Source: an uncultured archaeon
Lineage (GTDB): Archaea; Asgardarchaeota; Thorarchaeia; Thorarchaeales; Thorarchaeaceae
Direction of reading: 5' to 3'
Assembly (NCBI GenBank): GCA_964648855.1
Contig: CAZYLT010000004.1
Location: 132,489 to 152,488 of the forward strand
DNA: 20,000 bases
The translations under genes were made by a program, and so were the position numbers. The notes beneath the pieces were generated by a model. That model worked only from the letters and a program-made list of their open reading frames with translations, was not told where the DNA came from and made no database searches. Positions 1 to 7,909 of this stretch are shown here, in pieces (position 1 is the stretch's first letter; every line of letters begins with the position of its first letter).

Positions 1-42
1 TTATATTATCAGCCTTCGGAATGGGGTTTGAGGAAATAACAG

Positions 43-204
43 ATGCCTGGATCACATGGATCACTAACAAAGGCTGGCAAGGTTCGAGACCAGACCCCCA
101 AGGTAAAGGGTCGCGAGCGACACACACCAATTCCACGTGTTCGCAACAAGAAGAACTACATCAAGCGATTTGTCAAGGGTCAAACCGTTGGCGTTCGCAA
201 GTAG
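43..204 (+). CDS. 30S ribosomal protein S30e
   Basis: Read directly from frame 1: [53 protein letters not shown]. The '[16 protein letters not shown]...PRVRNKKNY' pattern is characteristic of archaeal/eukaryotic S30e. At 53 aa it was absent from the ORF track. Purine-rich 'tttgaggaaataac' lies upstream of the ATG. Confidence 0.92.
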   Translation: MPGSHGSLTKAGKVRDQTPKVKGRERHTPIPRVRNKKNYIKRFVKGQTVGVRK

Positions 205-248
205 TTTTGGGATTAATCGCAGGTAAGCTTTCTCTGCCCACCTGCCTT

Positions 249-1073
249 TCAGAATTTTCTTTTAACACCCATTTCATCACGATGGTATTCTCCAAACTCT
301 TGTATTTCTTCAAGCTGTTTTCCTGAGAAGACAGGGCCATCTTCACATGTTAATACACCATTTGGGTCCATTGAACAGGTGCCACAAATACCACAACCAC
401 ATTTCATGTACCTCTCAAGTGATGCTTGAAACATGACCCCATGTTTCCGACTGAGCTGGAATAGTCTATGCATCATCATTTCTGGGCCACAGGAATATAT
501 CGAGTCGAATTGTTGTTCATCAATCAGACCTGCTGCAACATCAGTGGCCAATCCTTCCATTCCTCGTGAGCCATCGTCAGTACAAATATGGACCGTCAAG
601 CTGTTCTTTGGTGCATTCTCAAAATCATAGAGAAGCAATTCGGAGGCATCCCTCCCCCCAATGATAAGATCTATTCTTCTTTCCTCTTGTACTAACCGGT
701 TCGTGAGTAATCGCAATGGTGCCATGCCTATTCCGCCTCCCACCACTAATACTGAATCTCCATGGAAATCGTAACCATTGCCAAAAGGCCCCCTGACACC
801 TATCCAATCATCTACATCAAGAGCACTCAACGCTTTGGTTGCCTTACCAACTTGCCTGACGGTAAACCCCATTTTTTCGTCATCGAAGTGACATATCCCC
901 ATCGGTATCTCATCTACACCTGGGACCCAGACCATCAAGAATTGCCCCGGAGTCACCTCTAGATTGGGATGATGTATCTTGAAATACAACGTCCAGTCAC
1001 GGCTATTCTCCTGAACAATATCCATAATCTTAACAGAAACTGGATTACCAAGAAGATCTCTGGTATTCATCAT
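249..1073 (-). CDS. pyrK: Dihydroorotate dehydrogenase electron transfer subunit (PyrK-like, FAD/2Fe-2S)
   Basis: Ferredoxin-reductase-like fold with GGGIGMAPLRLL, plus the C-terminal 2Fe-2S cysteine cluster CGCGICGTCSMDPNGVLTCEDGPVF. Adjacent to pyrD with a 4-bp overlap. Confidence 0.88.
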   Translation of the reverse strand: MMNTRDLLGNPVSVKIMDIVQENSRDWTLYFKIHHPNLEVTPGQFLMVWVPGVDEIPMGICHFDDEKMGFTVRQVGKATKALSALDVDDWIGVRGPFGNGYDFHGDSVLVVGGGIGMAPLRLLTNRLVQEERRIDLIIGGRDASELLLYDFENAPKNSLTVHICTDDGSRGMEGLATDVAAGLIDEQQFDSIYSCGPEMMMHRLFQLSRKHGVMFQASLERYMKCGCGICGTCSMDPNGVLTCEDGPVFSGKQLEEIQEFGEYHRDEMGVKRKF

Positions 1074-1999
1074 CTCTTACCTCCTGCAAGCCCTATAATC
1101 TCGGAAATGCTTTGAAATCCCTCTCTCGCCAGATACTCTCCTACTCCTGTTTTGATATCACAAAAGACTTCAAGTTTCTCCATCACGGCTGTTCCAATCT
1201 GAATCGCACTTGCTCCAGCTAAATGCATCTCTACTGCATCTCTCCATGTAGAAACTCCTCCAACTCCAATAATTGGAATATCAAGAGCTGAATACAAATC
1301 ATGGATACATCTCACAGCCACAGGAAATAAAGGTGGTCCAGAAAGCCCTCCAACTGCGTTGCCCAATACTGGTCTTTTCTGAAGTATGTCGATTTTCATG
1401 GCTCTTAGAGTATTCACAGCAACAACTGCATCCACTCCTGCTCTCTGTGCAGCCAATCCCACTCCGACTATATTTGATGCATTTGGTGTGATTTTCACAA
1501 ATACAGGACAGTCGACCGCATCCGTGACCGCCTTCGCAAACTCATATGTGAGATTCGGACTATGCGCAATCTGTGAGATTTCGGCATGGGGACAGGATAG
1601 ATTGAGTTCTAGGGCTCGAGGGCCAAGCTTACAGGCCTGGACTGCTAATTCGGTCATGCCATTGACCTTTTCATCGAATATACTGATGACTACAGGTATC
1701 TCATTCAAATCGATTGAACCCAGCTCTCTGCTGAATTCCTCGATACCCGGATTGGTTAATCCAACAGCATTAAGCAACCCATTATGCGATTCGGCCAAAA
1801 TAGGCCCCGGATGTCCTCTTCTGGGATACCTTCCAATGGACTTTGTTACTATAACGTCTGCACCACTATGATATACTCGTGAAATCGATGCCGCTGAAAC
1901 ACCAAGAACCCCTGACGCAAGCCAGTAACCTGATATTTCCAATTTTGTTCCCGGCCCAGTACCAACAACTACCGGTAATAAGCACACTGGACAACACAC
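1070..1999 (-). CDS. pyrD: Dihydroorotate dehydrogenase catalytic subunit
   Basis: VLGVSAASISRVYHSGADVIVTKSIG, ALELNLSCPHAE, PVFVKITPNASNIVGV, LSGPPLFPVAVRCI, IPIIGVGGVSTWRDAVEMHLAGASAIQIGTAV. The N-terminus is uncertain; an internal TTG giving MEISGYWLASG is a plausible start. Confidence 0.92.
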   Translation of the reverse strand: MCCPVCLLPVVVGTGPGTKLEISGYWLASGVLGVSAASISRVYHSGADVIVTKSIGRYPRRGHPGPILAESHNGLLNAVGLTNPGIEEFSRELGSIDLNEIPVVISIFDEKVNGMTELAVQACKLGPRALELNLSCPHAEISQIAHSPNLTYEFAKAVTDAVDCPVFVKITPNASNIVGVGLAAQRAGVDAVVAVNTLRAMKIDILQKRPVLGNAVGGLSGPPLFPVAVRCIHDLYSALDIPIIGVGGVSTWRDAVEMHLAGASAIQIGTAVMEKLEVFCDIKTGVGEYLAREGFQSISEIIGLAGGKR

Positions 2000-2043
2000 T
2001 TATCCGATGTTATCTGTGGATTGTATCAGTAGAGTGAACCCTC

Positions 2044-3270
2044 ATGACCCGATACCTTACGTTGACTCCCTTTGGAATTTTTTTACTGAATGAATCAGGA
2101 GAAGTATCTGAAAAAAAGTCATTCTACCCCGATGTTTCGCTTTCATCTACTGTACTATTCAATTTGAATGAGGGCAACATCGAAGAGATTCCTGCCCCAG
2201 TCAATCAATTCCTGACGGGCATTGCACCCGATTCGTTGATTGTTTCAAATCCGAACCTTGCTGCAGTCTTAAAATCAAACAGCATTGACTCGTTTACTAT
2301 TGAGGAGGACTCTGATGTTCTGAGGATGTTTAGAAGCACTGAGGGCACCCATCTCTTGAGAGAAGAGATTGTAGGCTCAAAGGACGATATTGACCAATTC
2401 AGGCAGAAGGTTTCTCTTGAGGTGGCTCGAAGAACGATTAGCAAGGCCATTCAGCAGGAAGACCTCTTGGTCAAAAATGCTGTTGATGCAGTAAACGAGA
2501 TTGACAAGTCGATTAATATGGTTGCAATGCGATTAAGAGAATGGTATACCCTTCATTTTCCGTCGCTGTCAGATCTCATCGAAGACCATGAAACGCTTGC
2601 CCGTATCATAACCTTGAGTGGAAATAAGACAGAAATCGATTCAGATCTCCTCGAAAAAGCAGGAGTCAGTGACGAATTAGCAGCTCGCGTTTTGGATTCG
2701 TCAGTCACGGACATTGGTGCTCCTTTCTCAAAGCGTGATGTTACCGCCATCACATCACTGGCAGAGCTGATACTGACTATGCACTCCCAGCGAAAAGAAC
2801 TGGAAGAGTACATTACAAATCTCATGCAATCCGTTGCTCCAAACATGACTGCCCTAGCAGGGTCTATGGTCAGTGCTAGACTGATCAGTCTAGCTGGATC
2901 ACTAAAAGATCTGGCACGAAAGCCATCCAGTACCATCCAAATCTACGGAGCTGAAAAGGCGCTCTTCCGGAGTATGAAGACCAAGGCTACCCCTCCGAAA
3001 CATGGAGTCATCTTCCAAGTACCATTGATTCACTCTGCTCCATATTGGCAGAGAGGGAAGCTCTCCCGTGCGCTGGCGGGCAAGTTGACTATTGCTGCAC
3101 GTGTGGATGCATACTCTGACCGCGACATAGGCGACGAATTACTTGAGGATTTGAATTCCCGAGTTGAAGAGATTAGGAAGCAGTATCCTGAACCTAGCGA
3201 AGGAAATGAGAAGAAAAGGGATGAAACCAGGCGAAAATCACCAAAATCCAAACAAAGAGGGAGAGGCTAA
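2044..3270 (+). CDS. C/D box RNP core protein Nop5 (Nop56/58 family)
   Basis: Nop-domain signature GAPFSKRDVTAITSLAELI...NLMQSVAPNMTALAGSMVSARLISLAGSLKDLARKPSSTIQIYGAEKALFRSMKTKATPPKHGVIFQVPLIHSAPYWQRGKLSRALAGKLTIAARVDAYS. Followed by fibrillarin. Confidence 0.95.
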   Translation: MTRYLTLTPFGIFLLNESGEVSEKKSFYPDVSLSSTVLFNLNEGNIEEIPAPVNQFLTGIAPDSLIVSNPNLAAVLKSNSIDSFTIEEDSDVLRMFRSTEGTHLLREEIVGSKDDIDQFRQKVSLEVARRTISKAIQQEDLLVKNAVDAVNEIDKSINMVAMRLREWYTLHFPSLSDLIEDHETLARIITLSGNKTEIDSDLLEKAGVSDELAARVLDSSVTDIGAPFSKRDVTAITSLAELILTMHSQRKELEEYITNLMQSVAPNMTALAGSMVSARLISLAGSLKDLARKPSSTIQIYGAEKALFRSMKTKATPPKHGVIFQVPLIHSAPYWQRGKLSRALAGKLTIAARVDAYSDRDIGDELLEDLNSRVEEIRKQYPEPSEGNEKKRDETRRKSPKSKQRGRG

Positions 3271-3273
3271 CAG

Positions 3274-3972
3274 ATGACTGATATTGAACAACACAAGTAT
3301 CCAGGCGTTTACGTTGCCAAGAGCAAGGGGAGGGCCACTCTTTGTACACGCAGTCTAGTTGAGCATAAGCCAATTTATGGCGAGAAGATTTTGAAAGAAA
3401 ATGACGGCGAGTATAGACTCTGGTCCAGACGAAGATCAAAGCTGGCAGCGGCTATAACAAAGGGGCTTCAAGAAATGCCTATCTTGCCCGGTTCTCGTGT
3501 TCTCTATCTGGGAGCAGCATCAGGAACTACGGTTAGCCATGTTTCTGACATCGTAGGCCACGAAGGTATAGTATATGCAGTCGAGTTTTCACCTCGTGTG
3601 GCTCGCAAGCTTGTTCAAATTGCATCGTTTAGACCCAATATTGTGCCTATCGTTGCAGATGCAAGACATCCTGCGAGATACTCACAATTAGTTGGCGGCC
3701 CCATCGATGTTGTCTATCAAGATGTTGCACAGACTCAGCAAGCCAGTATATTGGTTGACAACCTCAAGAAATTCGGTTCCTTTGGTTCATGGGGGCTTAT
3801 TGCAATCAAGGCAAAAAGTATTGATTCCACTGCCCCACTGGATGAAATCTATCAGAAGGAAATCTCGGTTATGACCGAACTCGGCTTGGAAGTAGTAGAG
3901 AACATTGACTTAGCCCCTCTCGAAAAGGATCACCGCTTCTTGGTGACCAGAGTGGCGGAGGTACGGAGTTGA
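3274..3972 (+). CDS. flpA: Fibrillarin-like rRNA/tRNA 2'-O-methyltransferase
   Basis: YRLWSRRRSKLAAAITKG...LPGSRVLYLGAASGTTVSHVSDIVGHEGIVYAVEFSPR...RPNIVPIVADARHPARYSQLVG...DVVYQDVAQTQQASILVDN are classic fibrillarin motifs. Directly downstream of nop5. Confidence 0.96.
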   Translation: MTDIEQHKYPGVYVAKSKGRATLCTRSLVEHKPIYGEKILKENDGEYRLWSRRRSKLAAAITKGLQEMPILPGSRVLYLGAASGTTVSHVSDIVGHEGIVYAVEFSPRVARKLVQIASFRPNIVPIVADARHPARYSQLVGGPIDVVYQDVAQTQQASILVDNLKKFGSFGSWGLIAIKAKSIDSTAPLDEIYQKEISVMTELGLEVVENIDLAPLEKDHRFLVTRVAEVRS

Positions 3973-4289
3973 GCCGTTTCTTAGAGCGGATGGTTGAGAA
4001 GGAAATAGATTCTGCAAATGATCATCTCCCCGCAAAGTGATTTTCACTCCTAAATGTTTCCCAGAATGAGAACTACGTCTTCGAAACGAGAGGTAGTAGG
4101 GAATTATCTTTCCGGTCAAAGGAAATTGAATGGCTTACCTCAGAAGTTCCCTAGAAATATCACGACGATTTCTTCATACCCATCGTGATTCTGAGAAGGA
4201 TTAATCTCCGCCCTGGCACATTTTCCGTGTCTGGGTCCGAGCCCGAACTCTTTCCAAACCATAAAGTTGTAGGATATGTTGACCTATAA
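3969..4289 (+). pseudogene. UPF0216/DUF61-like gene interrupted by two in-frame stop codons
   Basis: Single continuous frame from TTG 3969: (M)SRFLERMVEKEIDSANDHLPAK*FSLLNVSQNENYVFETRGSRELSFRSKEIEWLTSEVP*KYHDDFFIPIVILRRINLRPGTFSVSGSEPELFPNHKVVGYVDL*. The stops are TGA 4038-4040 and TAG 4152-4154, with the terminal TAA at 4287-4289. The sequence on either side of each stop looks like real protein in the same frame. The family call rests on remembered motifs. Confidence 0.6.
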
Positions 4290-4494
4290 TGACTCAAAAT
4301 GGGCGAATGGAATCCAGTACATAGATATGCCGGTCCTCAAGTCCACTTCATCAGGAAGAAACTGTCCACTACCTAGGGTTTTAAGACCCCTACTAGGGAT
4401 GGTCCTGTTTAAATTCTGTCTTGCTTTTATCGTATTCAAAGCGGTAATATGGCAGCAAACGGTTCACAATTAGATAATCTGAAAAGGCTTCATT

Positions 4495-5481
4495 TTGAAA
4501 TGGATACAGGTAAAGAGATTGGCACGCGGTAGAACACAGCTGATTCAGGATGTGATTGACAACCTAGAGGATGCTGGGTTTACTCTCTCGTCTCAGTGCG
4601 ATGTACGACCCAGTTGCTTTGATCTTGTAGCCAGAAGAGGTAACGAGCTAGTTCTCGTGAAGATTCTCAATAATATCGACGGGCTGAATAGAAATGACGC
4701 CTTTGCCCTACAGACTGTTGCTCATTTCTTCAACGCAACACCTATCGTTGTGGGTCAAAAAACGCGCCGAGGAGATCTAGATTCTGGCGTAGTATACAAA
4801 CGCTACGGTGTTACCACAATAACTCCCACTAGTTTGAATGAGATAATTGCAGAACAAAAGCTTCCAAGAGAGTTTATCCAGAGAGGCGGGCGTTTTGTAG
4901 CCATTGATGGAGCGAAATTAAGAGAATGTCGTAAAACCCAAAATATGACAAAAGAGGAACTTGCTAGTCATATTGAGGTATCTACAAGAGCCATTCTTGC
5001 CTATGAAAAGGATGAAATGGACCTTAGTGCTGATGTTGCTGAACAACTTGAAAAGGTCCTTGAAACAGACCTCATAATTCCGATTGACGTGTTGAGTGGA
5101 AATCAACAGACTAAGTCGTTGACCCAAATTCGCACTCCAGATGATATCCCAAATCTGGAAAAGCGAGTGAACCAATTCTTCGAGCGTCTTGGAATGAATG
5201 TGCTCTGGACTGATAGAGCTCCATTCCACTTGGCGGCAAAGGAAGAAGGCCCTCCACTGATGTCAGGCGTTGGCTCTTTGGAGAGTTGGGGCCTTCAAAA
5301 AAGAATGAAGATCTTGAAGAGCGTTTCAAGTGTCACAGAATCCAACGCTGTCATAATAGTGGAAGAAGGCAAGATTGATGAGCATGTGTCTGATTTGCCG
5401 GTTATTCGACAGCTTGAACTAGATACCATTGAGAAGACTCGTGATTTGAAGAATATAATCAAAGAGCGTTCGTGCAACTAA
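4495..5481 (+). CDS. Archaeal HTH-type (XRE-like) transcriptional regulator with an N-terminal nuclease-fold-like domain (COG1395-like)
   Basis: HTH region LRECRKTQNMTKEELASHIEVSTRAILAYEKDEMDLSADVAEQLEKVL, preceded by CFDLVARRGNELVLVKILNNIDGLNRNDAFALQTVAHFFNATPIVVG. Begins with TTG. Confidence 0.8.
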   Translation: MKWIQVKRLARGRTQLIQDVIDNLEDAGFTLSSQCDVRPSCFDLVARRGNELVLVKILNNIDGLNRNDAFALQTVAHFFNATPIVVGQKTRRGDLDSGVVYKRYGVTTITPTSLNEIIAEQKLPREFIQRGGRFVAIDGAKLRECRKTQNMTKEELASHIEVSTRAILAYEKDEMDLSADVAEQLEKVLETDLIIPIDVLSGNQQTKSLTQIRTPDDIPNLEKRVNQFFERLGMNVLWTDRAPFHLAAKEEGPPLMSGVGSLESWGLQKRMKILKSVSSVTESNAVIIVEEGKIDEHVSDLPVIRQLELDTIEKTRDLKNIIKERSCN

Positions 5482-6170
5482 TACTCGTCCAAGGCAGTCT
5501 GAGCCCCGAATAACTCTTCTCGTATGCGTTTTATTGACTTCCAAGTTCTTCGGACGACAAGGGGTAAGTCTTCATCGGCCTTCAGAAGCGACTGAATAAA
5601 TGCAACCGTTTTGGGGTCATTTGGATAACCTGATCCAAAATCTCCGAATTCTTCATGCATGAGAGAGAGGCGCCTTTCTCTCTCTTCCTTAGCTAGAATG
5701 GATGCAGCTGAAACTATGTGATATCGAGAATCTGCTTTGTGTTCCGAAATAAGTAAACACCCGTCTTTTCCAAGACCTGATTTATCAGCCAAGTTGTCCC
5801 CAAATCGTCTGGCATCAACATCTGCAGCATCTACGTATACCTCAGAAGGACGCAGTCGTTTAAGTACCGCAACGAAACCATCAACTTCTATGTCATTGAG
5901 TGATATTCCCTTGGTTCTCAGGCGGTCAATAACCTCTGCTGATATCACTTCGAACTCTACCTTGCCTGCAATCTTCAGAACCTGAGCAGCCAGGTTCCTT
6001 CGCCTTTTGGGAGTCAGTGTTTTGGAGTCCCTGACACCAATACTGCGTAAATGCCCATTCATATTCTTCTCAAAAAGAACGCCACAAATGACCAAGGGCC
6101 CGATTACTGGGCCTCGACCAGCCTCATCTATACCGGCAATACCTGATAGTTGAGAGTACGCAGTGTTCAT
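5478..6170 (-). CDS. rnhB: Ribonuclease HII
   Basis: GIAGIDEAGRGPVIGPLVICGV, GVRDSKTLTPKRRRNLAAQV, EVYVDAADVDARRFG, ISEHKADSRYHIVSAASILAKEERER, GSGYPNDPKTVAFI. Confidence 0.96.
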   Translation of the reverse strand: MNTAYSQLSGIAGIDEAGRGPVIGPLVICGVLFEKNMNGHLRSIGVRDSKTLTPKRRRNLAAQVLKIAGKVEFEVISAEVIDRLRTKGISLNDIEVDGFVAVLKRLRPSEVYVDAADVDARRFGDNLADKSGLGKDGCLLISEHKADSRYHIVSAASILAKEERERRLSLMHEEFGDFGSGYPNDPKTVAFIQSLLKADEDLPLVVRRTWKSIKRIREELFGAQTALDEY

Positions 6171-6226
6171 AGTTGCAGTTCTATCAGGGTTCTCTTATTA
6201 CTTTCGTGAATCTGGATGGCGAGGGG

Positions 6227-6334
6227 TTGACTTTGTGCCGCCTAATCACGGAATACGAAAAGACTGAACAGTTCAAGCAGATGATTTGGGAGCTTGAAGA
6301 GAAAGAAGTGAGAAAATTAGATTGGTATTACTGA
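6227..6334 (+). CDS. Possible small protein (35 aa from TTG 6227, or 42 aa from GTG 6206)
   Basis: Frame reads LTLCRLITEYEKTEQFKQMIWELEEKEVRKLDWYY*. It has coding-like composition in an intergenic gap, but a weak start and no clear ribosome-binding site. Confidence 0.25.
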   Translation: MTLCRLITEYEKTEQFKQMIWELEEKEVRKLDWYY

Positions 6335-6362
6335 TATGACTCGGTTATATCGAAAATGTGGT

Positions 6363-6594
6363 GGGGTGGAGGAGATATATTCCGTATCTAGGTAGTCTAG
6401 ATAGGCTTGAACTCCTGACCGATACTCAAATTTGAGTAGATACTCAAACTTTACGAGTGTCACCTAGACGACGGCCAGTTTTTGACCCCGCGTGTCAGGA
6501 CTCGAAGAGAGCCCAGATCTGGAGCCCGTCGCCATCCCGTTCCAGGCGACTAGGGAAATCCTAGCAGCTGACTAGGCCACCACCCCATTGGGTG
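6363..6594. ncRNA. Candidate structured noncoding RNA (family not identified)
   Basis: Several local inverted repeats in a coding-free gap: GGGGTGGAGG (6363-6372) with CCACCACCCC (6577-6586), one mismatch; GTCGCC/GGCGAC (6528-6533/6545-6550); CTAGG-GAAAT-CCTAG (6550-6564); CACCC-CATT-GGGTG (6581-6594). No recognised family signature. Confidence 0.25.
6423..6449. promoter_or_regulatory. Perfect 16-bp palindrome plus a third repeated half-site, possible regulator-binding site or RNA hairpin
   Basis: TACTCAAATTTGAGTA (6423-6438), followed by GATACTCAAAC. The string GATACTCAAA occurs at 6421-6430 and again at 6439-6448. Confidence 0.35.
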
Positions 6595-6681
6595 TAGCAG
6601 GGCATGCCGGTTTGCGATATGAACCTTTCGCCAGCACAGCTTCAAAATGAGATTTTCTTGCAACATTGCTTCTATCGCAAG

Positions 6682-6690
6682 TATATTTTA
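6682..6690 (+). promoter_or_regulatory. Candidate archaeal TATA box for the 6731 gene
   Basis: TATATTTTA about 40 bp upstream of the start codon of the secreted/membrane protein gene. Confidence 0.4.
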
Positions 6691-6730
6691 TGCAAAAGTA
6701 CAATGTTTGGTGTATTAAAGAAGAGGACGC

Positions 6731-7612
6731 ATGAAGATGGATAAAAGAACCAACGCAATAACGCTCCTACTAGCTGTATATCTTCTTGTGGCAGTGTTCA
6801 TGCCGGTGTCGGCCCAAGTGGGCACCCCTGGCGTTCCAGGAAGGATTGTTTCTGAGATGGACGCATTTACCTATCGAACATCCTTCCAAACTTCTGATGG
6901 TACTGAAATATTCCTGATTCGAAGTGCATACACCCTGCGACACCTCTATCAACACCATCACCCTACTATCAATCATCACTACATGCGCATCTCAGTGGGC
7001 TTCTACTACGGAAAGACTCTCCTGGGTCGTCCCATTATTGACTCAATCGAATTTGATAATCTCGCCTTCTACGCCAAGTGGATCGACTCTGCAGGGTATT
7101 CCTTTGATCTGAAGGGGGAGGAAGATATGTTCTCCCTATCAGGTTCAGTTGAGGATGGCAAACTGGTTGCAGTAACTAGGTTGTTGGATAATGATGCACG
7201 TTCACGGTATATGCCCCTCTTCGGTGGTACATACGTGCTTACAGACTTCAAAATCACACTGATAGACGAAGCAGTAATCGACTATGGCAATGTAGAGATT
7301 GAGGTAGTGAAGTCTGCCAATGAGTTCACTGCTCGCGATGCACAATTAGTCAGCGAAAAGAATCTGACCTATGAGAGCGACGAAAAATACCTTCAAATCT
7401 CATCATCCATTCAAACGCCGTTAGTTGTACTTGTAGATGCCTTCGTTGCTGTTACGCTTTTTGGTGGGGTAAGCGTCACCGCTATACTCGTCTTATTGCA
7501 TGTTCGCGGGCGTATTGAATTACCAATTGATAGGCTCAAAGGAATCATAGGTGGACAAAACAACGGAAACGAAGAACGCCCCTCACGTATCGAACCAAAG
7601 CATAGAGCATAG
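6731..7612 (+). CDS. Hypothetical secreted/membrane-anchored protein
   Basis: N-terminal signal peptide (MKMDKRTNAITLLLAVYLLVAVFMPVSAQ) and C-terminal hydrophobic segment (TPLVVLVDAFVAVTLFGGVSVTAILVLLHV), followed by a hydrophilic tail. No family recognised. Confidence 0.75.
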   Translation: MKMDKRTNAITLLLAVYLLVAVFMPVSAQVGTPGVPGRIVSEMDAFTYRTSFQTSDGTEIFLIRSAYTLRHLYQHHHPTINHHYMRISVGFYYGKTLLGRPIIDSIEFDNLAFYAKWIDSAGYSFDLKGEEDMFSLSGSVEDGKLVAVTRLLDNDARSRYMPLFGGTYVLTDFKITLIDEAVIDYGNVEIEVVKSANEFTARDAQLVSEKNLTYESDEKYLQISSSIQTPLVVLVDAFVAVTLFGGVSVTAILVLLHVRGRIELPIDRLKGIIGGQNNGNEERPSRIEPKHRA

Positions 7613-7660
7613 TTTTTTGGGTGCGTCTCTACGATTGCACTCGTCTGTCCTAGAGCAAGG

Positions 7661-7667
7661 TTTAAAA
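7661..7667 (+). promoter_or_regulatory. Candidate TATA box for the 5S rRNA
   Basis: TTTAAAA centred about 27-30 bp upstream of the expected 5S rRNA 5' end. Confidence 0.5.
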
Positions 7668-7690
7668 CATCAAATCGAATTTCTCATTCT

Positions 7691-7810
7691 TGATGGCGGC
7701 CATAGCACATGGGTCTTACCTGATCCCATTCTGAACTCAGAAGTCAAGCCCATGAGCGTTGAGGGAGATGTGCGGTGCGCGAGCCCGTGACAGGCCCTCA
7801 AGCTGCCACT
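7691..7810 (+). rRNA. 5S ribosomal RNA
   Basis: Canonical features: GGCGGCCATAGC; CCCATTCTGAACTCAGAAGTCAAGCCCATGAGCG (loop B/C, helix III); GGTGCGCGAGCCCGTGAC. Terminal helix TGGCGGC (7694-7700) pairs with GCTGCCA (7802-7808), followed by a T-run. Ends are approximate to a few nt. Confidence 0.93.
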
Positions 7811-7814
7811 TTTT
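7810..7814 (+). terminator. T-run terminator after the 5S rRNA
   Basis: TTTTT immediately after the closing helix of the 5S rRNA, consistent with archaeal oligo-T termination. Confidence 0.5.
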
Positions 7815-7909
7815 CCAGTTTTACCATTACTCCTCAATTTTGTTGCTCTCTCTGCAGGAACCCAATGTACTAACAGAAACGATTAAGTGATAACTTTCAG
7901 CAGTCCGCA

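Noticed and set aside
21-326. 101-aa + strand ORF at the window start
   Set aside because: It overlaps the true S30e gene in a different frame and has no family-like sequence.
1386-1871. 161-aa + strand ORF inside pyrD
   Set aside because: Antisense shadow of the well-supported pyrD coding frame.
3910-4119. 69-aa minus-strand ORF downstream of fibrillarin
   Set aside because: It lies opposite the two-stop UPF0216-like frame, which better explains the sequence.
6480-6600. SRP RNA helix-8-like string GTCAGGACTCGAAGAGAGC
   Set aside because: It superficially resembles GUCAGG..GGAAG..AGCA, but the tetraloop and the asymmetric loop do not match, so I did not call SRP RNA.
6590-6640. GGTTTGCGATATGAACC as a possible tRNA T-arm
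   Set aside because: It lacks the TTCRA T-loop signature, and no acceptor, D or anticodon arms can be assembled around it.
7551-7790. 79-aa + strand ORF
   Set aside because: It overlaps the end of the 6731 gene and most of the 5S rRNA, and its translation is spurious.
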